A stretch of DNA of 64,000 bases. It comes from Octopus sinensis (Eukaryota). Position 1 is the first letter of the stretch. Each line of letters begins with the position of its first letter. The stretch covers positions 171,430,001-171,494,000 of the forward strand of contig NC_042999.1 in the NCBI RefSeq assembly GCF_006345805.1, in the 5' to 3' direction. A program made the translations under genes and the position numbers. The notes below the pieces were generated by a model that saw only the letters and a list, made by a program, of their open reading frames with translations, was not told where the DNA came from and made no database searches. Below, in pieces: positions 23,938 through 37,274 of this stretch.

Positions 23938-26900
23938 GTATGTGTGTGTAGTAAGAGAGAGACTACTCGAACGGCACACGTTCGGCTATTTCCGCCTGTC
24001 GCTATTGTTCTTGTTATTGCCGGCAGTGGTGGTGCTGCTATCTTTGTTCGGGTTGCTGCTGTTGCTATTAGTACTGTTATTCCTGCTACTGTAGTATTCT
24101 TTAGGAAAGCTGCTACGGTTGCTGCTGCAACTAGTGTCGGCTTCATAGACGACTCCATTGGTTTCGCAATGGCCTCCCCCAGGGCATCTTTTATAGTCCT
24201 GCATGAGCGTTCCCACTTCGCTAGAAGGCTCTTAATATTGGGGCGCAGCTAAAAGAGACCCTAGGTTGTATCTTGAAAATGTGTCCGTATCTGTGTGAAC
24301 GCGTGAAGCGTTTATCTACTAGGAATATCTACTACTACTTACACAGGATTTTGCGTTGAAGGAAATCGGTCTGATGATCAACACATACTGAGGAATATCG
24401 ATGCGCAAAACCTAAAGGTATCTTCCAGCATATCCCTTACCCCACTCAATAAAACACTTATATTTGCAGTGAGTTAATATTAACATTATCCTGTCAGCCT
24501 GTCGAACCATTATAAAAGTCGATGCGAAATACTGGAGCCTTAAGACACTTCTTACTATTTTGATATCCTGATGGGAGTTACCGACCTCGTAGGTTGTTAC
24601 TCGATCCTGTTCTCCTGGACCAATTCCCTAATATCTCTGGTGTTCTATACAGGGACGACGCTCTGTTGGCAACCCAGAAATCTAGTAACTGCGAAATAGA
24701 ACAATTTAGAAAAACAGAAAGATATTCTTTAAAAATGTGGACCCTAGCCGTCGTGGACAGTGTATGCTTCAATATGTTACCCCCATCCGCCCGTAAAGAA
24801 AATTTCGAGCAATTCGCTGAATATTATAACCGCGCACTATAACGCGCCGAATGTAAGAATCCTGTCGTATTCATCAGTATATGGAGCGACCTCCCTGACT
24901 CCACGAATCGCGGCACCATGAATACACGTGCCCCTTTAGAGAAAGTACGAAGTATCCTCCGTTTTCACCGTCACCCTATCCCCCAAAATTCTATATATTA
25001 GCAACATATTTAATAGGCACTCTTCCTACCCTGTGATCCCGGATCCCAAATCTACCACTACATATCCAAATCCATACCACTGCACATCTCCATACCCTAA
25101 GCTATTTTCGAGTAACCCCATAAACCGGAATAAACAAACGAGGACACGCGGGGTTATCTGGTTCCACCCCATCCCACTATTATGCCCTTAATGTTCAGAC
25201 CAGAGTACCCAAGCTCTTCTTTGCCCTACTTGAGAAATACCTACCCTTATTCTTTTATGTTTAATAGAACTGAGCGGTTGCCAAAATATATTTATTTATT
25301 TTGCAGTAGACATTGTCAATGGCAACAGCTTATATTCACCTAGTCAGACTCAATGTTTCTAAAAGATTTTGTCCCTACTCTTCCCTCTCTCCTTTTCTTT
25401 ACGTTTATATTAATTCTTTTTCTTAACAACTTTAGACGTTTGCCTACTCCCATATATTATTTCTTCCTACAAACGCTTTCCTTTATCTTTTCTCACTCTG
25501 TGAGTTCCACGCATTTTCGATTGAATCTCCCACGAGTTAATCCTTTCACATCAATGTAACCTTCAGTTAACTTAGGTATCTTTGGCGTGATGAGTAACTT
25601 GCAGAGAGCCCCAGGGTTCTACTAGCTAGGAAGCATATGTAACCTGGATTTTATCTAATCCATTACCTAAATTTGTACGTGTGTGTGTGTATGTATGTGT
25701 GTGTGTGTGTGTATTTATGTATGAATGTACACTGAATCTATCCTCAGAAACAACTGCATTCTGACGAAATTCAAAATTCAACATAACCTCCCTATTTGTC
25801 CGACCATGACAAAAATGGAAAATGTTTCACTAAAACCAGATGAAATCAAATTAATCTGGACACGAATATAATTAACATAGAAGAAACATGAATAGGATAG
25901 AAGGGACACAAGCATAATGTTATTTCATTTTGAAATGCAAGGTAATAAGAAGCACCTGATGTAAGGTTTACACAATCTTTCTTATACACCATACATTTTC
26001 TTATAACAAACGAATTGATAAAATGTCAGTGATAATTTCGTAGTCTTTAATAAGCCTCTTAAACGTGGCCCCTTGACTCCGCTTAAGCACCTGTTATTAT
26101 CAAGAATCTCATTTTTGATAACTCAATATTTGTTACATTGTATTGTATAGTATGAGCAGCTTAGGCTCCAGTATTGATGTTATCTCATATTTAACATAAA
26201 ATGTATATAGCCGATATTCATTTATTCTAACACTAATATATATCACCTTTAATTATGCTCCCTAACAATCGACCTAATTTCTACTTTTGGAACAGAAGCA
26301 TCTAAGATTGATCCTACTCTTCTTTCATCGGTTCATTTAATTGTATAAATTATTTTGTTACTGGTTTTTTTTTTTAAATTCATCTCCACCTGTCTTTATT
26401 TTCGATACACATTTTAATCTTCCTTACAAATTTGTAGATATCATGAGTTCCCTTCCTTTTAGATTATTTCCCGCCATTCACTTTTATTTATCTGCCATAT
26501 TCTAAACGATTTACCCACGGGAACCTCGGAGGATCAAAGATTAAGTAGTGTAAGGTCATTTGAGTGCAATACCGACTCTACGGCCCCAAACTGGTCATAG
26601 GTCACATCTAGAGGAAAGACTGAGTGATCTGAGTTGGCTTTCTTCCTCTATTGGCTTTACACACGTAAATCCCCACCTACAGCTGGGGATTTCACTGTGA
26701 GAACAAGTTTTAACAAGGGTTGTATTACATCAATGCATAAAGAGGGAGAAAAATAAAATGGATGAAAGTAAAGGAGTTCGAAAGACGAAAATTAGTTGAG
26801 AAGATGAAAAAAGGAGGCGGGGCTTTACAGGCCAGTTTGTAATGAATTTCTGTAGGGAGAAACGCGTTGTATATATGAGGGTATCCGTCTTTTGACATTA

Positions 26901-28192
26901 GTAAAAAAGAGAAGTGTTACATGTGCATATTTCTGGTATAAGGTTGCACATGTGTAACTGTGTGAAAGTACGGAAGTATGGTGGCATGGGTTACTGAGGG
27001 TGTTGCGTGTTAGTATGTCAGTGTGCCATCGGTTATGGTGTCAGAAGAAAGCCTTCAACTAAGAATGTGGGAATGGGTTGTTCGAATATGAGATAGTTGG
27101 AAATATGTGAGTAATGTGGGGTACAGATATGTATTTAAACGTACGGGTGTGAGAGGGAGGAATATGGAAGAAAGTTATGCATAAGTAAGAAGCAAGAAGG
27201 TACGATATTAGGGTAAAGAAAAATTTAGTTCGATAAAACAAGGGATATATGATTGCAGAAATTATAAGGAATGTCTATGCGTGTATGTATGTGGGCGGTT
27301 TGAAGGTGTATGAAAGGTGATGCAGCGGGAATGTGTGTATGTTTAAAAGCGATGGTTACGAGTAGAAAGCGTGTGGGTGGGTGCAACGGTACACGTATTA
27401 TATATAAGTTTAATATGTCAACATTCATAAATGAAATTTAAAATTATTCAGTATATTAATAGTGTAATTATTATTTATAATGCCAAGATAACTCAATTTT
27501 CGCTCCCCCCTTGTAACCTCTTTTCTCTCCCTCTCCCTCTCTTTTTCTTGCTTTCTATGGTAATACATAGAAACGTACAAAATAATATGCACACACTTAA
27601 ACACACATAATCGCATATGCAAACACATACACATGTAAACACACACACACACACACGCACACACACACACACGCGCACACGCACACACAAACAAACACAC
27701 ACATACACGCATGCACACACTCGTTGATATATCTAAGATGTGTTTACGTTATATTTTTATAAACGGTTAAACACAATCAAATTTAATTTAACCTTTATCT
27801 TAACGAAATATCCTTTTTCGCAATAAAATATGCGCAGGTAATAAAATTTAGTTTAATTTTTATTCTCATGATACTGAAAAATTTTGCAATTTATTTGGCA
27901 CTTTATCGAAAAATTTTCCTTCAGTGTTCCTACTCTCGCACAGATATGATTTTTATTTCTATATCGTTTTGACGTTCATTATACGCAGTTATAGACGTCT
28001 GCTATGTGATATCTATTATAGCAAATTTCAATTAGCAATAAATTTTTTGATTCAATATATTAAAGCAGACATACATTCGTACGTATATACATACATGCAT
28101 AAATAGATACATACATACATACATACATACATACATACATACATACATACATACATACTTATAATTATATACATTTATATATTTATATATAT

Positions 28193-28345
28193 AAGCGCAG
28201 AAGCGTTTATGTGCTAAGAAGTTTGCTGTGTAACTGCATGGTTCAGTCCCACTGCGTTTCAACAAGGCAAATGCTTTCTACTACACGGACGGACTAAAAG
28301 CTAATGTATAGATTTGATAGACAGAAAATGAAAGAATTCAGTCGT
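28193..28345 (+). mobile_element. SINE family 1, degraded 5' part
   Basis: ggttcagtcccactgcg B-box segment plus a degenerate body. Confidence 0.55.
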
Positions 28346-28359
28346 TTGTATAAATCAAG

Positions 28360-31339
28360 GCAATTGTCAGGCTAGAAGATAGGGATAGTGTAGGTTGTCC
28401 ACAAGACCACAAGGCTGTGCTATGCAAAGTCGAGTTAGATAAGAACCGTAGACACAGACCCTGTTACTTGAAGTTAAACGCGTCCTTCCAGGCACGCAAA
28501 GACTACCGAGACTCGATTAAAGAACTAGTTACGCGGAGATTGAAGGGGGCAGTTGTCAACAACCGGAGGTGGGCCACCTTGATGAGAGCGATAAGAGCAG
28601 GATCGATAGCGATTAGTAAAGAGTTAGCAATAGAAAGGAATAGATTACAGGATTAACAAGTTAGCAAATTAGAAGAGGCAATTAGAAAGGGCAGTGTGAC
28701 CGTTGTGTTCGCGGCGAAAATGGCACTTGACCACTTCTATGAAGCGAAATATGAAGGTTGCGTTGGGATAGGTAGACCCGTGCATTCAAACATGAAGCTT
28801 TACAATAGGCCCAAACGGTGGAGACGCGACGTGGAAATAAAACCATGATCAGGTCTTTGACGCATTGAGATGGGCGCACGCTACACAGCTCCGAACAGAT
28901 GTCTGCAGCTTTTCAGCAGCACTTCGTGCGATGGGTCGACGGCAGTACTGGACAATAGCTCGTACCTGGACAACTTGCAGCGGCTCTCAGCAGCTGACGC
29001 GAGGTTATGTTGAAGGCCAATAACAGACACTGAAATATAGGAGGCGATGAGCGATTGCACAAGACGTAGATCGACGGGTTTGGATGACCTTCCCTATGAA
29101 GTCTCTGTATTCATTCCAGATTTGTTTGACAACCTCTTGCCAGATGTCTACCGCAAGTGGCAACAGAACGGGAGAATTCATAGTGCTGTTAGAAGAGGTG
29201 TGGTAACAATGGTGATGATAGACGGCGACAATGGGAACGTATTAGAGAATTTCCGGGCCATTATTTTGCTAAACACAGATGTTAATATTTTGGCTAGGGT
29301 GTTAGCGACAAGTTGACGCATGTCGTCAGTAGCCTCGTCGGAGAAACACAAACGTGCGCAATCTCGAGCAGGTATATCCACAACAACCTCCACCTTATGT
29401 GATACATCATAGAGAGGCCTGGACCAAAGCTGGCTTTATGGGTGCCTTGATCAATCTGGATCAATCAAAAGCAATCGATAGGTTCGACCATCGTTATTTG
29501 GAAGCTGTCCCGAAAGCAGGCAGTTTTGGAGCCTTTTTCAGAGGCTGGATCGCTGCAATGCACAGCGGCTCCTGTTCAGTGGTCAAAGTAAACGTCCACC
29601 TATCAGAACCGTTTGGCATCGCAAGCTCAGTCAGTCAGGACTGTCCGCTGTCACCTCTTCTGTACTAATTGGCAATCGAGCCAGTGCTGCGGAAGTTGGA
29701 ACAACTAAGGGGTCTCCCTTTCGAACTGGGACAAGGAAGTGCAATGCCGACATGCGCGGACGACTTCACCGTCATGGTGTCGGCCGCCTCCGAAGTGGAG
29801 ACGTTCGGCACCATCAGTCGGTTGCAGGGGTGAAAAATCAATGCCGACGAATCGGTGGGCTCCTAGAGAGGCAGAGTGATGCCATCAGACAGCGACGTTG
29901 GACGCTGGACCGATGTACCTGTTAAGCTAATCGTGGTCTGGTTTGACACCGACCCCCAGATTTGTAAGAATAGGGACGTGGAGGGGAACAGGGTGGCCAG
30001 TCTTACCAAGAAATAGGCTGAGAGGAAGCTGTCCCTAAAAGGCCGGGCAGAGGTGGCGAATGCTTACATCGCCTCCGTTATCAATTATCGCCTGACCGTA
30101 GTGCCCTGTCCCGGTTACTGCTTGACCAAGTTGGAGCGCCTCTTATTAAAACTTTTGTGTAAGGGATGCGTTCCAATAGTCAGGCGGTCGGTCTGTTGCG
30201 ATCATCTTCTGAGTGGCGGATTAGGTATGCCGTAGCTATTAATGCTATGAAACGCTGTTAGGTTACGCCACCTACAATGATTTCTGGATGGTGAGAGTTT
30301 GTGGGCTCCTTTTCTGAGGATCGTTTTTCTGTTGTTCGTTTCCTTGACGGAGTTGCAGTCCTGGATGAAGAAAAGACTGAGACTGGGCGCCTAAAATGTC
30401 GTCAGGCGCTTACAGCCCTCTACCAGTCAGGCAATAGGATCAGTCGATGTTCCACTTCAGACATTTATAGAGGATTAGTGGCGGTGAAGTGCGACAACGG
30501 GCTCAGGGAGACTGGGCGCCGACAAGAACGAACCGGCAAGTCTGTTCTGGAGGACTTTCCGATAATTTCCAGATGTCCTTTGCCTAGCAGTGCTACCGGT
30601 TCGAGATAAACTCTACATGGATGTTCTGTCAGATGGGCTTGTCCGAGGTGTGTGCAGAGTGACGAAACCGTTCGCACGCCCTCGTTCAGTGTCCGGGCAT
30701 TGCTATCTTGTGCAGTTATTTCGAACATGGGCTGTCACGTGTGGAGCGGATCCGTCTATCGGCCGTGTCTGTAGTGATGATCGCCCTACCGCACTCCTTC
30801 AATCGGGCAAGTAAGGCGGTTTTTCTTCGCCTGGTGATTGTGGTGAAAGAGATTGTTTGGTGGACAAAGCTGAAAGGCATGAGAACAGACACATTCCTCT
30901 TTGGTAGAGCTCTCATTAGCTTCTTCAAGTTTCTCTTGAAAAGGAAAGTAAGGGTGGAGAAGAAAGTGCTGTCCTCGAGTGAGTTTATTGGAAGGTTGGT
31001 GAAAGTTGCGAAAAAGTCAAGAATAGATAGTACCTTTATAAATGTAGACCTGTGAGTCGGAGAGAAGGGATTGGAGAGGGCACTTGCTCCTGGGGTTTCC
31101 GGGAAATCTTGGACAGTGGGATTCCTCAATTATCCCTAGGGTCGTTCCTATATCAAGAGGGCCACTTTTCTATCATCTATCTGGTCACTATGCATAAGTC
31201 CCTTCTTTTTCAGTGTATACCATGTATACTTACCTTTGTTTTCTTATTTTTTTTCATTTCATTATATGTAAACCCCCAACACTTTATGTCTGTCTTTGTA
31301 TTGTTTCCCACATCCTTCGCCCTTGTGACAAATAAATGA
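28360..31339 (+). mobile_element. Decayed Tx1/L1-clade LINE (end of endonuclease, RT, C-terminal Cys region, 3' UTR)
   Basis: RSTGLDDLPYE, NFRAIILLNTDVNILARVLA, LINLDQSKAIDRFDH, SVSQDCPLSPLLY, CADD, LSLKGRAEVANAYIASVINYRL, LPVRDKL..CPRC..ETVRHALVQC. AATAAA at the end, then (TTA)n. Many stops and frameshifts. Confidence 0.9.
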
Positions 31340-31340
31340 A

Positions 31341-31398
<58 letters not shown>
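31340..31398. repeat. (TTA)n microsatellite
   Basis: Directly visible. Confidence 0.95.
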
Positions 31399-31399
<1 letters not shown>

Positions 31400-32037
31400 C
31401 GAGTGGGGGAGCAATGCATACCATCAAAGTGACATATTAAAAATCTATAAATTTATCAAAGTTTTATCACACAAAGAAATCTCTTTATAAACATCTCAAC
31501 ATTCTGAATTATTATTATCAAAGTGACACGCTTAAAAATATACGAAGCCGAGTATACCCATCATGACTACCCGTCTCATAAGGGCACATCAGGTATATGT
31601 ATCATAACCATATGTGCGAGACATGGTGATCTCTTATGAAGATAAACAGCGAATGGCCAAGAATTCTCTTCAGATCGCGTAACCCTTCCTCTTTAAATGG
31701 TCCTTGAATGATGGTTGTTTAAGGATGTTGAACGAAACACCCATGTTTCCAGAGGTGAATTATTCAAAGTTTAAAAAATTCTCCTTTCAACACATGGCTA
31801 TGCTGCTACTCTACTACTTCTGCTCGTAACCAGAGATGCACATACCGTCAAGTCAACAACTAAGAGACATGCTCAACTGCTTAAGGTCAAACAACTGACA
31901 AGCAAATATGTGGTATTGAGCAGAATATTTGCAGTAGCCCATCTTTTATACCATGACAGAACAATGTACAAGATAACATTGCCAATAAGTTAAGATCAGA
32001 AGCCATGAGAGCCACTGTCTGGTACTGCATCAGAGCA

Positions 32038-32040
<3 letters not shown>
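31399..32040. repeat. Interspersed repeat A, flanked on both sides by (TTA)n
   Basis: Shares long blocks (catcatgactacccgtct, ggatgttgaacgaa, ggtcaaacaactgacaagcaa, gttaagatcagaagccatg) with 42590-42975 and 47860-48330. Confidence 0.8.
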
Positions 32041-32106
<66 letters not shown>

Positions 32107-32739
32107 TCGCTTTGTTTTTCCATTTATTTCGTGTTTTACTTGCTTCTTTCATTCTCTCCTAAAGTTTTTTTACCTTTAATTTTTTTTCATTTCAATATGA
32201 AACCCCACTTTTTTATTTATATTATATTTCTTTTAATTATTTGTTATTCCAATATCTGGAAATAGTCTATTTTGTACCGTTCATTTGTTTACTCGCTTTT
32301 ACTCAGTTTTTCGATTTAACAATTGTTTATATTAATTTCTCCGCCACAGTAAACCTGTACTAGCAGCCAATTGTACATGGTTACATTTTGAAATTAGTTA
32401 CCCAGTCAGGTTGAAATGGTTATTCGTTGAACTGTTTCTACTAAATGCTACGATATTATATATACTCATGTACTTTAGTTATTTCATGTAATCATAACTG
32501 TGATGAACGGTCACGTAGAACTCTGAGTAGCAGCTTCTGCAGATGTTTTCGTCTTTAATACAATAGTATGTATGTATATTACCTAATTTCTTTCTTTCTT
32601 GCTCTGCAATTAATTAATTTTTTTAAAAACACTCTGTTATCAACTAGCACTTATTTCTGATGCATATGTTTATTGAGCTCTAATACTAGCTTATAACTAT
32701 CACTATGCCAAAGTGAAAAATTAATACATACATATACGC

Positions 32740-32839
<100 letters not shown>

Positions 32840-32885
32840 CTGTCTGTCTTTCTATCTAACTCTCTATCTATCTATCTATATATCT

Positions 32886-33620
32886 ATTGTCATGCCTCCT
32901 TCCTTCAAACGGGAAGGAAGAGCTATTTTCATCATCCTTGTGGCTATGGCGAAAGAATGTATCTGGTGGACGCGTCTGAAAGGATTGGAGTCAAACACTT
33001 TCCTCTCTGGTCAATCTCTCATCAACTTCTTCAAGTACCACTTGAAAAGGAAAGTGAGAGTAGAGAGGCAAGTTTTGACTAGCGAATGTTTTAAAAAAAG
33101 ATGGGTGAATGTAGCAAGGATGGCACGTATGAATGACGAAGCCACCTTGAGCATAATCCTATGAACCCAGAAATTGAAAACAGAGGGCTACCCACTTGCA
33201 AACAAATGTGGTAACATATAACAATATTGACCAAGGTTACCGTGGTCTTTTTCGTAGGCTTTTCTTCCCACGGATAAACCTTACTTGCTTTCCCCTTTAC
33301 ACCATATCTCATAACACTGTGATACATGATCCCTATTGATCGTTTTTCTTTTCCTCTTCCCCTTTTTTCTTCTTTTTTCATTTCTCTTTTCTTTTGTTCC
33401 TTTTCCTTTTATTTTTTATTTTTTTATTTTTTTATTTTTTATTTTATTTATTTTTTTTTGTTCTTTTCTTCCCTTTTACGATCCCTCTTGATCGAAAACC
33501 TACGCCACCCCTTTTTTTTGTTGTTTCTTTTGTTTTTTTGTTTTTTTCATCCCCCAAAAGAAAAGCTCTACCTTGTAACTTGTCCCATCTGTGTGCAGCC
33601 CTGTGTGGCCAATAAAGAAA
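32886..33620 (+). mobile_element. 5'-truncated Tx1/L1 insertion (ORF2 C-terminus + 3' UTR) with (TATC)n tail
   Basis: ORF 32892-33164 (MAKECIWWTRLKG..FFKYHLKRKVRVERQVL) is homologous to the C-terminus at 30708-31055. T-rich UTR and AATAAA before the TATC repeats. Confidence 0.85.
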
Positions 33621-33621
33621 C

Positions 33622-33660
<39 letters not shown>

Positions 33661-33673
33661 ACTATCCGTCCAT

Positions 33674-33710
<37 letters not shown>

Positions 33711-33714
33711 CCTA

Positions 33715-36492
33715 TGTCCTGGTGTTGGATAAATAACTTAACGAAATCGGGTAAAAGGAAGTATTCATACAACGTACTACAATTACTGTTACACGAGTTT
33801 AAATGCTTTCTGCCGAGATCTCTTTATTTTATAGCCACGTTTCAGTCCACTTCTAGTCACATATTGAGGACGGAATCTTCCAACATCTCTCATTTTAGAA
33901 TTGAGGTACTAACACCCAAACAATTTGAAACTACACTTTGTAGCAGCAGAAACCGGAAAAGAACGGAAATACTGGGATTGGGCTCTAAGCGTAAGAGATA
34001 TTAAAACTCTGAGAGGAGTTTAATTTTCAAAAAGGATGCCTTTTTTTACCTATATATAGAGAATAACGGACGTCGACGAGTCTGTAGTTGAAAACTTCTA
34101 CCGTGTAAACATGAATGAATTTTTTTTTACGGCAAAAATAATTACTAGTTCCAATTTTTCGATTTGGCTGTAATTTTTTCTGCTTATATCAGAGAACGTG
34201 AGGCATGAACAACCGCCTTCATGTTACTTATGTAGCATTACTGCTCCTATACCGTACTCACAGTCATCAGAAGCTGCTCCAATCTCCAACACAGGGTCGA
34301 ATTGTGCTAACGATAAATCAGATGTTGATATTCTTTTTTAAAATTTCCTCGAACTGCTTCTGACAATTTTCGGAATAATTCAACTTTATATCCTTTTTAA
34401 TTGATTATTTAATGAAATTCTGTTTTTATGCATATACGGAATATAATTTTGGTAATAATTTTCCAGTCTCCAAAATGCTTGTAAAGTCGCTATATTTGTG
34501 GGAAGGGGATCTGGTCGGCGTTCATTTCTCTAAATGATTTGTCCTAAATATTCTATTTTCGGTAAGAAAATTTAACACTTTTCTTCACTCAAAGTAAAGT
34601 CGTAATCCCTAACTTTTGCGAACACATATCTTATAGGCTCTACGTGTTGTTCCTGGGATTCTCTTATTATGAGTATATCATCCAGAAATAGTATTGCAAA
34701 TTCGCAGTCCGCTAACATTGCATCTATGATCTGTTGAAAATTTTCCGGTCCGTCTTTTAAGCGAAATAGTAAGCTGTTGTATTTATATAGTTCTTAATGT
34801 ATGTTAATTATTGGGTATTTAGAGCATCCATCGTCTACTTTAATTTGTAAGTATGTGTCAGAAAGATCCATTAAAAAAAATATCTTACCACCGTTTAATT
34901 TCACAGAAATATCCTCCGAGGTAGGTAGCAGATAGTGGCACTTTTAAGACGTTCGTTTAAACCTGTGGAAAATTTGCACGCACACACTGATTTCATTATT
35001 CATTTTCTTAACGTACACAGTCGGAGATGGTCATTGACTATATTCCACTTATTGGATAACACCATCTTTGTTCCAGTCTCTCTAAGATTATCTGTTCTAA
35101 CGCTGCGAATGGCACCGTTCGTTTTGGTTTAAATACCGCCGCAGCATTTCCTTTTACTTGAAACTTCGCCTTTGTTTTGGCGTACAGACCTAATTCATCA
35201 AACTGAACTTCAGGAAAAATCTTTTTTTGATTGTTTTTCTTTAATTCGTCAGACGACTTATTTGTATTGGCGGAAAAACCATTTACATTTTTACAGAAAA
35301 TATTTATGAGGAGGTTCCATAACTTAAATCATTCGATCCAGTCTGTTCCGAATATATTTGTCGTATTACTCAACACAAAAACATGGGTTTTTCAGATTTT
35401 TCTACAAAAAGTAACGTCACTTATCAATTCACCCTTAGAATGTGCAATTTTCAGTTTCTTTTAATCTAGGTCTCCCGATTTCCCCCCATGTATCTGTATT
35501 AAAAATCAAAATATCACTTCCTGTATCCAATTATAACTTGACGTTTGTGGTATTGATTTTTACATGCACTAATTCATCTCCTACTGCCAGTAGAGTTAAT
35601 TTTTAGTCCTGTTCTAATTTTGTTAATATCCAGGAACATATATCTGCATGTTTGCTTGTAGTAAGCCCTTGAACAAAAATTAAAACATTTGAACATGTCC
35701 GGGATTAATTCATATAATTTGAATTTTTCAAATTAACATTTCCGGCATATGTGACTAAATGTTGATCATCTTTTTTGACCAAATTTAAACACTGTCAGCG
35801 AGTATTCAATAAGGAACTTCTTTCACTGAAAACGTTTCATAAAAATATACGTTTTATCGAAACAAATCTTACCTTGTCTCCTCGGCAGAATATACTTGGT
35901 ATATTTTTCGTGTTCGGCACGGGATAACTATCTTAAAAGTAGTCATACTTTTTTCTTGTCAGATCAGTTCTTATATTCTTCCTTGAAGATTTCTTCGCAT
36001 CTCCGAAAAGGTAGTTCCTTCTGGTTTATAGCTGAATTCTTCAACAGAGTTTGCTACGCTGTCTGGTAAGTAGGAACCTGAAGTGTTTTCAGACTTCGTC
36101 AACATTAATTCTAACACCTGTTTGTTTTTGTTGTTGTTGTTGTTGCTGTTGTAGTTGCTGTAGTTGCTGTAGTTGCTGTTGCAGTTGCAGTTGTAGTCGC
36201 TGTTATTGCTGTTGTAGTTGCTGTTATTGTAGCTGCTGAGGCTGTTGCACCACGGATGCCAGTAAATCTTCCATGTTAAATTGAATTTTTTTTGGTTTCG
36301 TAGTAAAAAAAATTAATTAACCATCCAACGGACGGTTTGAAAAACTCGCCGTCACTTTTATATCCTGGTTTTGAATAAAATATTTAACGAAGCAGGGGGG
36401 AACGATACTTTTCACACGACGCACTACGATTACTCTTACACGAGGCTAAACGTTCTCTACCAACGGTTCACAGTGAACTGCTTAATCTGAAC
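33715..36492 (-). mobile_element. Decayed Ty3/Gypsy LTR retrotransposon (gag, protease, RT), internally deleted, both LTRs partly recognisable
   Basis: Minus strand: polyQ-rich gag start (~36120-36275), LDTGSDI protease (~35515-35545), LPTSEDISVKLNGGKIF..DLSDTYLQ, QQIIDAMLADCEFAILFLDDILI (RT), PLPTNIATLQA. Direct repeats at 33715-33810 and 36361-36460 (t.tcctgg..ataaa..ttaacgaa..ctac.attact.ttacacgag). PBS-like GTGACGGCGAG next to the 36361 copy. Confidence 0.85.
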
Positions 36493-37067
36493 AGTTGAAA
36501 GTTTTTTATTGTATAGCAATATGCCAGTTTACACTCAGTTACACATACACACACCACACATACACACGCACATACACATACACAAACACACACATATATT
36601 GAGAGAGAGAGAGAGAGGGGGGAGAGAGAGAGATGCATTTCGCTCCTGGCTGTCTTTGTGTTCGAGTAATTATTTATGCCTATGAACCTGCCTGTATGCG
36701 TAATGCGGTATCAAAATCTACATATATAAAGATGATGAGAAACAATTAAAAAGTTAATAATGTAGGGTCATTTAGCAATTATGTGTTTATGTATGTGTTT
36801 ATGTACATAGGCGCATGTCTGTCTATCTATCTACTACCTATCAATCTATCTACATATCAATCTATGTACCTATCTATCTGTTTACTACCTATCAATCTAT
36901 CTACCTATCTATCTATCTATCTATCTATATGCATATATATATATGCATATATATACCAAATTAATAAATAAAACATATGCATATATACATACATATATGT
37001 GCGTACCTACATCTACATGTATATATACATGCATATATGGGTAAAGGACTTCTAAGTAAGTTTGTTC

Positions 37068-37109
<42 letters not shown>

Positions 37110-37221
37110 CATGTGTGTGTTGGTATGCGTGTGTATGTGTGCGTGTGTACGAATATCTTTCTGCATACAATATATATATGCATGTATATATGTAATTATA
37201 GACAGTTTATCAGTGTTTATT

Positions 37222-37227
37222 TTTATT
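37222..37227 (-). promoter_or_regulatory. Candidate polyadenylation signal (AATAAA) of ALT-like copy 1
   Basis: Lies ~50 nt past the stop codon and is conserved at the equivalent position in copy 2 (50383-50388). Confidence 0.5.
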
Positions 37228-37274
37228 GAAAAGTATTTATAACAACATAAATGCTTAGAGTAAAACAATTACTT

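Noticed and set aside
21540-25250. Ala/Thr/Gln-rich short ORFs (e.g. 23832-24252, 22797-22982) as host exons or LINE ORF1
   Set aside because: Low-complexity, interrupted and without a motif I can identify. Possibly decayed TE sequence, but unsupported.
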